Origin: Candidatus Eiseniibacteriota bacterium
GTDB lineage: Bacteria > Eisenbacteria > RBG-16-71-46 > SZUA-252
Reading direction: 5' to 3'
Assembly: GCA_016880395.1 (NCBI GenBank)
Contig: JAEHDN010000033.1
Coordinates: 1 to 35,014, forward strand
Length of the DNA: 35,014 bases
A model generated the notes under the pieces. It made no database searches. It was not told the DNA's origin and was given only the letters and a program-made list of their open reading frames with translations. Below, piece by piece: positions 8,312-15,759 of the stretch. Position 1 is the first letter of the stretch; each line of letters starts with the position of its first letter. The position numbers and the translations under genes are program-made.

Positions 8312-8348
8312 CGGGGTTTTGCGCCCCATTGGCAGGGGCGAAACCCGC
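8312..8348 (-). terminator. imperfect GC-rich hairpin just downstream of the gpmI stop
   Basis: The minus strand reads GCGGGTTTCGCCCC-TGCCAAT-GGGGCGCAAAACCCCG and begins 7 nt after the gpmI stop codon. There is no clear U-tract. Confidence 0.35.
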
Positions 8349-8354
8349 AGCCGA

Positions 8355-9878
8355 TTACGGCAGGATGAGCGAGGCTCCGGTCATCTCCGGCGATGGAGCG
8401 AGGCCTAGGAGCTGAAGGAGGGTGGGCGCGACGTCGGCCAGGATGCCGGACCGCAGGGGGAGTGGAGGGCCGCCGCCGGCGACGATGGGAACGGGATTCA
8501 GCGTGTGGGCCGTGTGGGGACCTCCGGTCGCCTCGTCGATCATCTGCTCGGCGTTCCCGTGGTCGGCCGTGACCAGCGCCACGCCGCCTCTCGCCTCCAC
8601 GGCCTCGAGAACGCGCCCGAGGCACGCGTCCACGGTCTCGACCGCGCGGATGGCCGCGGCCAGGACGCCGGTGTGCCCCACCATGTCGGCGTTCGCGTAG
8701 TTGAGGACGAAAAACCCGTACGGCTCCGAGAGCCGGCGCACCACCTCGTCCGTGACCTCCCGAGCGCTCATCTCGGGCTTCAGGTCGTAGGTCGCCACCT
8801 TCGGCGAGGGGATCAGCGCCCGGTCCTCCCCGGCGAAGGGCGTCTCCTCGCTTCCGTTGAAGAAGTAGGTGACGTGAGCGTACTTCTCCGTCTCCGCGAT
8901 GCGGAGCTGGCGAATCCCCGCCCGGCTCACGACCTCGCCGATCGTGCCTCGGAGCGGCTCGTCCGTGAAGATGACCGGGAAGCGGAAGGTCTCGTCGTAC
9001 TCCGTCATGCAGACGTAGTGGGTCGCGGGCGGCGCGCCGGGCCGAGGAAATCCGTCGAACGCGGGATCCGCCAGGGCGCGGGAGATCTGCCGCATGCGGT
9101 CCGGACGGAAGTTGAACGCGACGACCGTGTCCCCGTCCCGGATCCTTCCATCGTCGCCGCGCACCACGGTGGGCTCGACGAATTCGTCGGACTCGCCGCG
9201 GGCGTAGGCCAGAGCCAGCGCGGCCTCCGGGGAATCGGCTTCGTGGCCCGTGCCCAGGGCGAGCGCGCGGTAGGCCTTCTCGGTCCGCTCCCATCGCTTG
9301 TCGCGGTCCATCGCGTGGTAGCGTCCCGAGATCGTAGCGATCCGGCCGTCCGGCACCTCGGCGAGCACCGATTCCGTCGCACGGATGGAATCGCCCGCGG
9401 AGCGTGGAGGCGTGTCGCGGCCGTCGAGAAACGCCTGCACCCGGATGCGGCGCACGCCCCGTGCCGCCGCCTGGCGGATCATCGCGGCCAGATGCCGCTC
9501 GTGGCTGTGCACGCCGCCCGGCGAGACGAGCCCGACCAGATGGAGCGTGCCCGAAGCGCGCGCTCGCTCGAGCGAGGCCACCCAGACGGGGTTCCACTCC
9601 AGCGATCCGTCGCGAAGCGCCTGATCGATGCGGGTGAGGTCCTGATAGACGATCCTTCCCGCCCCCAGGTTGAGATGTCCCACCTCCGAATTCCCCATCT
9701 GACCCGCCGGCAGCCCGACCGCTTCCCCGCAGGTCGTGAGCGTCGCGCTCGGGCGGCCCGCGAGCAGCGCGTCCATGACGGGCGTGCGCGCGAGCGCCAC
9801 TGCGTTGCCCTCGCGCTCCGGACGGATCCCCCAGCCGTCGAGCACGATGAGGCCGACGAGCCCCTGGCGTCGATTCAT
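8355..9878 (-). CDS. gpmI: 2,3-bisphosphoglycerate-independent phosphoglycerate mutase
   Basis: The protein starts MNRRQGLVGLIVLDGWG and contains MGNSEVGHLNLGAGR, GLVSPGGVHSH and ADHGNAEQM, all iPGM hallmarks. ATG 9876-9878 is used. The track extension to 10064 overlaps the upstream gene. Confidence 0.92.
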   Translation of the reverse strand: MNRRQGLVGLIVLDGWGIRPEREGNAVALARTPVMDALLAGRPSATLTTCGEAVGLPAGQMGNSEVGHLNLGAGRIVYQDLTRIDQALRDGSLEWNPVWVASLERARASGTLHLVGLVSPGGVHSHERHLAAMIRQAAARGVRRIRVQAFLDGRDTPPRSAGDSIRATESVLAEVPDGRIATISGRYHAMDRDKRWERTEKAYRALALGTGHEADSPEAALALAYARGESDEFVEPTVVRGDDGRIRDGDTVVAFNFRPDRMRQISRALADPAFDGFPRPGAPPATHYVCMTEYDETFRFPVIFTDEPLRGTIGEVVSRAGIRQLRIAETEKYAHVTYFFNGSEETPFAGEDRALIPSPKVATYDLKPEMSAREVTDEVVRRLSEPYGFFVLNYANADMVGHTGVLAAAIRAVETVDACLGRVLEAVEARGGVALVTADHGNAEQMIDEATGGPHTAHTLNPVPIVAGGGPPLPLRSGILADVAPTLLQLLGLAPSPEMTGASLILP

Positions 9879-9906
9879 GGGCGGGACGGTACCACAGCCG
9901 CCGAGG

Positions 9907-10383
9907 TCACCGGCGGGCGTCGATCCGGGCGGTCGCCGATGGATGCGACACGGTGGCGCGGAGCCGGAGCGCGATCCCAAGCAGCGCCGCGCTGACGAGG
10001 AGCGGGACCCAGACCGGAAGGATCCAGGCGATCGGCACGAGGAACACCACGTCCAAGTCGCCAAGCCCTCGTGGGAAGCCCGTGAGCCAGCGGAGGAACG
10101 CGTAGTAGAGGATGTCCCACACGCCGAAGATCCATAGCCCCGCCGCGAGCCGTCCCCGCACCGACCTCCCGGCCAGGCAGGCCACGGTGCCGATCATGAC
10201 GAGCGTCGCCACCTCGCGCGCCTGCTCGAGGAGGAGCGGGCCGGCGGGAATCGGCGCGAAGGGGGGCGTCCAGCCGCCTGGGTAGAAGAGCCGCTTCAGG
10301 GTGACCACGCACGCGGCTTCCACGAGCGCCATGGCCGCCGCGTAGACGGTGATCCAGGTCCAGACCGATCGACGAACGATCAA
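9907..10383 (-). CDS. hypothetical integral membrane protein (about 4 TM)
   Basis: 158-aa ORF with a TTG start that overlaps the stop of the ligase gene (TTGA). It has four hydrophobic segments and codon usage typical of the window. No family was recognised. Confidence 0.55.
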   Translation of the reverse strand: MIVRRSVWTWITVYAAAMALVEAACVVTLKRLFYPGGWTPPFAPIPAGPLLLEQAREVATLVMIGTVACLAGRSVRGRLAAGLWIFGVWDILYYAFLRWLTGFPRGLGDLDVVFLVPIAWILPVWVPLLVSAALLGIALRLRATVSHPSATARIDARR

Positions 10384-11180
10384 GCGACCTCCACCTCATG
10401 GGCTGCCCCGTCCTGGACCGGATCCCCCGCCATGCAGGCGGCGAGGGGCGCGGACTCGATTCGGGTGCGGAGTCGAGCGGCGATCGCTTCGACGAGCGCC
10501 CTCCCCAGCTCCGCCCCACCCACCGGGGATCCCAGGATCTCCGGAACCGACCGGGCATGCTCGAGGAGCCGTTCCCGCTCGCCGGGCCTCTCGCCCCGGA
10601 AGCGGGCGATCTCCCGGTGCCGCGGCGAGAGCGGAACCGAAGCATGGCAGAGGGCGGCTCCCCGCGTGAAGCGGGAAGCGATGCCGGCGATCTTGAAGGG
10701 GCCGGAGCGGAGCTCGCCGGGGACGGCGAGCGCGAAGCAGGGTGCGGCCCCGGGGCGAGCTGCCTGGCCCGGCGAAGTCGGCCGCAGGACGAGGTCGGCG
10801 GGCACGCCCAGACCTCGCACCGCCTCGCCCAGAGCCTCGGCCACGAGATTCGCGAATCCGCGCGGGCCCAGATCCCACGGACCCGGAAGGCTCGCGGCGA
10901 GCGCAAAGGTCAGCTCACCATCGTGGAGGACGGCATCGCCACCGGTCGGACGGCGCACGACGTCGAGTCCGGCCCCGCGGATCGCGCCGAGGTCCCAGCC
11001 GGCCGGGAACGGCTCCGCGCGTCCGAGGCTGATCGCGGACGGCTCCCAGTCGTAGGTCCGGAAGACGGCGCGATCGGGGCCGCCCGCGGCCCAGGAGAGG
11101 AGAGCGCAGTCGATCGCCATCTGGAGCGCGCCTCGATCGCGACGGTGAGGGAGCTGGAGGAGCCTGGAGGCGGCGTTCAC
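10380..11180 (-). CDS. lipoate-protein ligase / octanoyltransferase family protein (BPL/LPL catalytic domain)
   Basis: GTG 11178-11180 gives VNAASRLLQLPHRRDRGALQMAIDCALL... The sequence also contains YDWEPSAISLGR, VRRPTGGDAVLHD and FKIAGIASRF (the lysine motif of LplA/LipB-type enzymes). The 475-aa track ORF fuses it to an out-of-frame read of the upstream gene. Confidence 0.7.
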   Translation of the reverse strand: MNAASRLLQLPHRRDRGALQMAIDCALLSWAAGGPDRAVFRTYDWEPSAISLGRAEPFPAGWDLGAIRGAGLDVVRRPTGGDAVLHDGELTFALAASLPGPWDLGPRGFANLVAEALGEAVRGLGVPADLVLRPTSPGQAARPGAAPCFALAVPGELRSGPFKIAGIASRFTRGAALCHASVPLSPRHREIARFRGERPGERERLLEHARSVPEILGSPVGGAELGRALVEAIAARLRTRIESAPLAACMAGDPVQDGAAHEVEVA

Positions 11181-11188
11181 GGCCCGCG

Positions 11189-11839
11189 TCAGAAGCGGAG
11201 GGCGCCCAACCAGTCGTCGAGCAGGAACATCACGCGGCCGATCAGGAGCGAGACGCGCGCCATGACGGTGTATCCGTACGACGCTCCGAAGCTGACCATG
11301 AGGAAGTAGATCCCGAGCCGAGCCGTTCCGCCCATCGCGCCTTTGTGCTCCTTCGAGAAGAAGAAGAAGATCAGCGTGCAGAGGAGCCCGACCACGAGCA
11401 GCAGGTTGCCGATCGTGGTGCCGAGATGCCCCGGGACCCAGAGCGGGAGGATCGTGCCGTGGATCTGCTCCACGAAGTCCCCCTGGCCGAATCCCGTGAT
11501 GCGGAGCGCCGGATAGACGCCGAGGACGAACGCGATCGGCCATCGGGAGAGCCAGTCCCCGCGCGGGAAGAATCGCGAGAAGAGCATGATGCCGAGCACG
11601 AGCGGAATGATCAGGAGGTAGTGCCGATCGCTCGCGAAGGACGTGAAGAGCGGGTGGATGAGGTTCGGGTAGACCGAGGACATCATCGTCAGCACGACGT
11701 AGTAACCGGCCGACACCCCCACGAACAGGTGCTCGCAGAACTTGTAAACCGGATTGTCCTTGTAGAGGAAGCTGAAGATGCCGAGCGTGAGGAGCGCGGC
11801 GATCCACACGCCGATGTCGTGGCTCGGATGGAAGCTCAC
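11189..11839 (-). CDS. polytopic membrane protein, unknown family (membrane module subunit D)
   Basis: GTG 11837-11839 overlaps the stop of the upstream gene (GTGA). The 216-aa product, VSFHPSHDIGVWIAALLTLGIFSF...FLLDDWLGALRF, has about 6 hydrophobic helices. The rest of the 500-aa track ORF is an alternative-frame artefact. Confidence 0.65.
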   Translation of the reverse strand: MSFHPSHDIGVWIAALLTLGIFSFLYKDNPVYKFCEHLFVGVSAGYYVVLTMMSSVYPNLIHPLFTSFASDRHYLLIIPLVLGIMLFSRFFPRGDWLSRWPIAFVLGVYPALRITGFGQGDFVEQIHGTILPLWVPGHLGTTIGNLLLVVGLLCTLIFFFFSKEHKGAMGGTARLGIYFLMVSFGASYGYTVMARVSLLIGRVMFLLDDWLGALRF

Positions 11840-12672
11840 GACGTCCCCTTTCCCTTGCCCTTGCCCTTCGGCAGGAAGGCCAGGTTGCCGAGCACGATCA
11901 TGAAGGCGATGAACGCGTGCGCCAGCGACTGCGCGTCCATGCCCCGGGTGGCGAGGGCGGGTGCGCCCACGAGCACTTCGTACTCGGCCGCGCCCGCCAT
12001 GCCGCCGAGCAGCCCGTGGAGCTGGCCCGCCTGGAGATACGGGTAGTACTCGGGTGCGCTCACGGCCGTCACACCGGCGACCATGGGAAGGTGGAACCGC
12101 GACACCACCTGCTGCACCCACTCCTTCGTCCCCGGATATCCGGCGCTGATGTTCACGAGGAGCCGGATCTGCTGGAAATTCTGGATGCCCTTCATGATCG
12201 GAATCTGCCCGACCGGGACCCCGCGGTTGTCCACGGGGAAGGTCTTCGGAATGCTCTGCCCCATTTGCGACATCACGAGCTCGTTCCCGACCTTGTAGCC
12301 CAGGTTCACGTAATCCACGCTCTCGCGCTTGTGGTACTCGCGCGCCGCGATGCGGAGGACCTGGTCGGTGAGCGGCGGGCCCGCGGGATAGAGCGCCATG
12401 GCGATGATCTTCATGTTCCGTCGCATGAGCTGCCGCGCCGCCGCGAGGTGCATCGGATAGTTCTCCGCCGCCGTGCCGGGATCGTAGTCCCCCGCCAGGA
12501 GGACGACCGATCCCTCGGGGATCTTCTCGATGGCGTCGTAGAAGCCGCGCGCCCGGTTGCTCGGCTGGACCGGCGCGATGTGGAAGTTGAACAGGAGCGG
12601 CAGGATCACGAGGAGCGCCACCGCGAGGAAGATCCAGCGCCGGTCGAGCCGGCGGAGCGAATCCGGGCTCAT
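11836..12672 (-). CDS. bitopic protein with N- and C-terminal TM helices flanking a ~210-aa soluble domain, unknown family (subunit C)
   Basis: ATG 12670-12672 overlaps the stop of the upstream gene (ATGA). The product starts MSPDSLRRLDRRWIFLAVALLVILPLLF, has a C-terminal TM (LAHAFIAFMIVLGNLAFL) and ends in a KGKGKGKG tail. Confidence 0.65.
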   Translation of the reverse strand: MSPDSLRRLDRRWIFLAVALLVILPLLFNFHIAPVQPSNRARGFYDAIEKIPEGSVVLLAGDYDPGTAAENYPMHLAAARQLMRRNMKIIAMALYPAGPPLTDQVLRIAAREYHKRESVDYVNLGYKVGNELVMSQMGQSIPKTFPVDNRGVPVGQIPIMKGIQNFQQIRLLVNISAGYPGTKEWVQQVVSRFHLPMVAGVTAVSAPEYYPYLQAGQLHGLLGGMAGAAEYEVLVGAPALATRGMDAQSLAHAFIAFMIVLGNLAFLPKGKGKGKGTS

Positions 12673-13304
12673 GCCCCGTCCCCTCCGCCATAGGTCTTCT
12701 CGAGTCCCAGGATCACGCGGATGCCCGTGGCCATGACGCCGAGTGCGGCCCCGATCAGGATCCCGCGCTTGGCCGCGTTCTGCGGGATCTCCATCAGCCA
12801 GTCCGCGGCCGCTGGAATCGCCGGGTGGATCGCGGCCCCGAGCGGCACCCGTCCCAGCATCAGGATGAATGCGGCGATGGCGAGGAGCATCGCTTCGACG
12901 GATCGGATCCGGAACGCCCGGAAGGCAGCGGACGCGATGAAGAAGGCGAGGAGCGAGAACATGGTTGCGGTCATGGGCGAGTAGAAGGTGCCGTAGATCC
13001 ACTGGAAGCGCGAGTCCACGTCCGTGTAGTGCGTCCATTCCGAGAAGCCGACGGCCATCGTGACGAGGAGTCCCGCGATCAAAACGAGCTTGAAGGGCCA
13101 GTCGCGCTCGCGCCGCGAGACCTGGCGCAAGTTGATGCGCAGCAGGTTGGCCACCCCCAGCACGTACGTGCACCCGACCACGACGATCGCCCAGTTCTGC
13201 ATGTCCTCGTAGAGGTTCCGCACCTGGGGATGGGGCACGAAGAAGGCGATCAGCATGAAGAGGCCCGCCACCAGCGTGATGACGATCGGGATCTCGCGCT
13301 TCAC
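12669..13304 (-). CDS. polytopic membrane protein, unknown family (subunit B)
   Basis: 211-aa ORF starting MKREIPIVITLVAGLFMLIAFFV, with about 6 hydrophobic helices. It lies 10 nt downstream of subunit A. Confidence 0.65.
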   Translation of the reverse strand: MKREIPIVITLVAGLFMLIAFFVPHPQVRNLYEDMQNWAIVVVGCTYVLGVANLLRINLRQVSRRERDWPFKLVLIAGLLVTMAVGFSEWTHYTDVDSRFQWIYGTFYSPMTATMFSLLAFFIASAAFRAFRIRSVEAMLLAIAAFILMLGRVPLGAAIHPAIPAAADWLMEIPQNAAKRGILIGAALGVMATGIRVILGLEKTYGGGDGA

Positions 13305-13314
13305 GCGTGCGTCC

Positions 13315-14172
13315 TCACTGGGTGGCGAAGAAGTCGCCGAGCCACGTGTGGCCGAAGGTGGCCAGCAGACAGCCCAGCACGATGACGATGATCATGAGGA
13401 CCTTGACCATGTCGGAGGCCTTGAGGCTACCGAGGAGGCGCGGGTCATTGGAGAGGAGCGCGCTCGCCGCGAAGTACTCCTCGCCGATCAGCGTGTAGTC
13501 GCAGGCCACCACGAAGAAGGGCATCTGGTGGACGTTCGCGGTGCCTGCGATCTGGATCGCCCCGACCGCGTGCCCCGTCTCCGCGAGGAGGAGCGACTCG
13601 GCAAAGAAGGCGCCCAGGAGCAGGTTCGCCGCGGGCCTCTCGCGCAGCATCATCCCGTTCACCGCCGCCACGTACGCGAACTGCTCCGAGGTGACGTAGC
13701 GGACCTGGTCGCTCCGGTACGCGTCCCGGCGCCCGACGTCCGAGTAGGCGGACTTCACCACCTCCTCGGCCACGGTGTACACGCCGGGCGAGTTCGTGGG
13801 GACGTTGAGCGCGGTCTCGTACTTGGCGGCGACCCGCGCCACCCGGCCGAGCAGGATCATGCTCGCGATGGTCTGGATGTCGTCGATGTCCTGGACCCCG
13901 GGCACGTAGAGGACGCCCTTCCCCATCTCCGTCGCGCGTCCCACCGCCTCCTCGATCGCGTCGAGGCCGGGGATCTTCCGGAAGACCCACCGGGCGCCCC
14001 GCTCCGCGAGGCGGATGTAGCCGAAGAGCAGCGCGAAGAAGATCCCCGTCACGATGAGGACGTTGAGCTTGCTCCAGTCGAAGAAGTTCGCGGCCGCGCG
14101 CGCCGGACGCGATACGTCGGAGTCGAGCGCGGCATCGGCCGGGGATGCGACGAGCTGGTACTCGTAGGTCAC
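13315..14172 (-). CDS. membrane-anchored protein, unknown family (subunit A); probably extends upstream to about 14484 with a signal peptide and Fn3-like domain
   Basis: The track ORF starts at GTG 14170-14172. It has a TM (LNVLIVTGIFFALLFGYIRLA), a ~215-aa soluble region and a C-terminal TM (VLMIIVIVLGCLLATF). The same frame stays open to 14610 and encodes a signal-peptide-like segment and an Fn3-like domain without any ATG/GTG/TTG (see findings). Confidence 0.65.
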   Translation of the reverse strand: MTYEYQLVASPADAALDSDVSRPARAAANFFDWSKLNVLIVTGIFFALLFGYIRLAERGARWVFRKIPGLDAIEEAVGRATEMGKGVLYVPGVQDIDDIQTIASMILLGRVARVAAKYETALNVPTNSPGVYTVAEEVVKSAYSDVGRRDAYRSDQVRYVTSEQFAYVAAVNGMMLRERPAANLLLGAFFAESLLLAETGHAVGAIQIAGTANVHQMPFFVVACDYTLIGEEYFAASALLSNDPRLLGSLKASDMVKVLMIIVIVLGCLLATFGHTWLGDFFATQ

Positions 14173-14584
14173 CCCCGCCTGCGCGTTGTCGTCCTCGAAG
14201 CGCGCGGCGGTCCCCTCGACGGTCGCGATCGGAGCGAAGGTTCCGCCCTGCTCCCGCCGGACGACGAGCCAGGCGTGCGGTGGGACGGCGGGCGGATTCC
14301 AGGCCAGGGTGACGCTGCCGCCCGCGTCGTTGGGCGTGTCCTGGGCGCCGAGCGGAAACGTCTGCGCGTCGCGCGGCAGCGCGAGGGCCGGAACCGCGGC
14401 GACGAGGAACAGGAGCGCCGCGAGCCGCCAGGAGGGCGCGCGTGAGGATGGGAGCGTGGTCCGCGGGTCGCGGAGATTCGTCAGGAGGAGGCTCCCTGGC
14501 TGGGACGGGACGCTCCAACTCTGCCGCGATCGGATCTCAGCACGTGGTGCGCTTCCTCCCAGGTATCGGCCGGAAAACCGCTCA

Positions 14585-14614
14585 ACGGTAGGCTCTTCCC
14601 GCCGGCGGTGTCAA
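14585..14614 (-). promoter_or_regulatory. candidate sigma70-type promoter for the membrane module
   Basis: The minus strand reads TTGACA (14609-14614), an 18-nt spacer, then TACCGT (14585-14590). It lies in the ~140-nt spacer after the stop of the 375-aa gene. Confidence 0.3.
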
Positions 14615-14628
14615 GCATCGTGCAGTCG

Positions 14629-15756
14629 TCAGGACTCGATCATCTCCACGTTGGCCCGGGGAAGGATGCTCTTCGACCCATTGCCGAAGTCCACCTCGAG
14701 CACGCGAACCTTGGCCTCCGTCTCGAGCGCCATGAGCTCCGGCGGAAGGGCGACCACCTTGCCCAGGCGACCGAAGAAGGGCTCCCGGATGACCCGGATG
14801 ACGCTCCCGAGCTCGAGGCCGGCGTGACCCCCGCCGTCCCCGTCCGCGCCCGCGCCGGGGGCCACCGCCTGAGGCACGACGATCTCGGGCCGGAGGACGC
14901 CGGCGCGGATCTGGGTCGCCCCGCTGACCGAGGCCTTCTTCCCCTCACACTGCTTCAGGAGCTCGAACGTCCGGCCGGCCATCGGGATCTCCCCGAAGCC
15001 CTCGGTCACGACGAGCGTGATCCCCTTCTCCTCGGATCCCGTGATCGCGACGCCGAGGTCGTAGCCCAGGAACTCCCGGAGGTCGTGATCGTCGAACCCT
15101 CCGACGACGACCGCCCGCGCCCCGCGCTGGATGGCGTAGCGCAGGACCTTCGTGCTGACGTGCGAGCCGCCCACGAGGATCTTGCCGCGCACCTCCTCGC
15201 CGATTCTCGCCTCGGTGAGGACGTCGCCGGGTCCGTCCACGCAGATGTGGAGGCTACCGACCGTCTCACCGCCGATGCCAAAGATCCCCTGGATGAAGCT
15301 GCCGCGCGTCTCGACCGTCACGCCCTGCCCTTCGTGGACCTCGACGACGGTGCCGTCCACGTAGGCGTCCACCTCGACCGGGATGGGAGGCTCGCGGAGG
15401 ATGGCCTGCCCCGTCACGGTGGAGATGATCTCGAGCGTGCTGTCGACCGGCGCCGTGCACCGGGACTTGAAGAGACCGAAGAAGGAGCGGCTCTCGGCGA
15501 ACGCCTCCCCCTTCTTCAGGTGTGATCCAATTGGCTTGATGAGGCAATCCGGAACGTCCTCGGGAAGCACCCCAAGGATGTTCGCCGCGTTCACCGTCTG
15601 CACGTTGCCCGGCAGCTCGGTGCGGGCCACCACGGTCTCGGCTTCGACCGTCTGGCCGACCGTCACGAGCACGGTTCCGGCGAGGGGGAGCTTCCGCTCC
15701 CGGCGGACCACGGTGAAGCGGGCGACCTTGAGTCCGGGCGTGTACGAGTGGGCCAT
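14629..15756 (-). CDS. hypothetical cytoplasmic protein with N-terminal barrel-sandwich (lipoyl-like hybrid) motifs and a KOW-like C-terminus
   Basis: 375 aa, with GAGGAG upstream of the ATG. The sequence contains GTVLVTVGQTVEAETVVART and a KOW-like C-terminal GSVIRVIREPFFGRLGKVVAL. No signal peptide or TM was seen, and the family was not recognised with confidence. Confidence 0.65.
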   Translation of the reverse strand: MAHSYTPGLKVARFTVVRRERKLPLAGTVLVTVGQTVEAETVVARTELPGNVQTVNAANILGVLPEDVPDCLIKPIGSHLKKGEAFAESRSFFGLFKSRCTAPVDSTLEIISTVTGQAILREPPIPVEVDAYVDGTVVEVHEGQGVTVETRGSFIQGIFGIGGETVGSLHICVDGPGDVLTEARIGEEVRGKILVGGSHVSTKVLRYAIQRGARAVVVGGFDDHDLREFLGYDLGVAITGSEEKGITLVVTEGFGEIPMAGRTFELLKQCEGKKASVSGATQIRAGVLRPEIVVPQAVAPGAGADGDGGGHAGLELGSVIRVIREPFFGRLGKVVALPPELMALETEAKVRVLEVDFGNGSKSILPRANVEMIES

Positions 15757-15759
15757 GGC

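Noticed and set aside
9879-10064. N-terminal extensions offered by the ORF track for gpmI (to 10064), gcvPB (to 20200), gcvPA (to 21351), gcvH (to 22142), TolC (to 31834), the PorV-like gene (to 3956), HU (to 6932) and exbD copy 2 (to 34101).
   Set aside because: The extensions are Arg/Gly/Pro-rich and overlap the upstream gene's coding region. They precede internal start codons that reproduce the canonical family N-termini, often with an SD or a 4-nt overlap.
10380-11807. The 475-aa ORF and the 500-aa (11189-12691) and 445-aa (11836-13173) ORFs look like large proteins.
   Set aside because: Only the C-terminal portion of each reads like real protein (ligase domain or TM helices). The N-terminal portions are out-of-frame reads of the neighbouring gene. 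Internal GTG/ATG starts with GTGA/ATGA coupling resolve them into separate genes.
11846-11870. A short tandem nucleotide repeat (cccttg units) was considered as a possible repeat array.
   Set aside because: It simply encodes the KGKGKGKG C-terminal tail of subunit C. It has no spacer structure and is not a CRISPR or an intergenic repeat.
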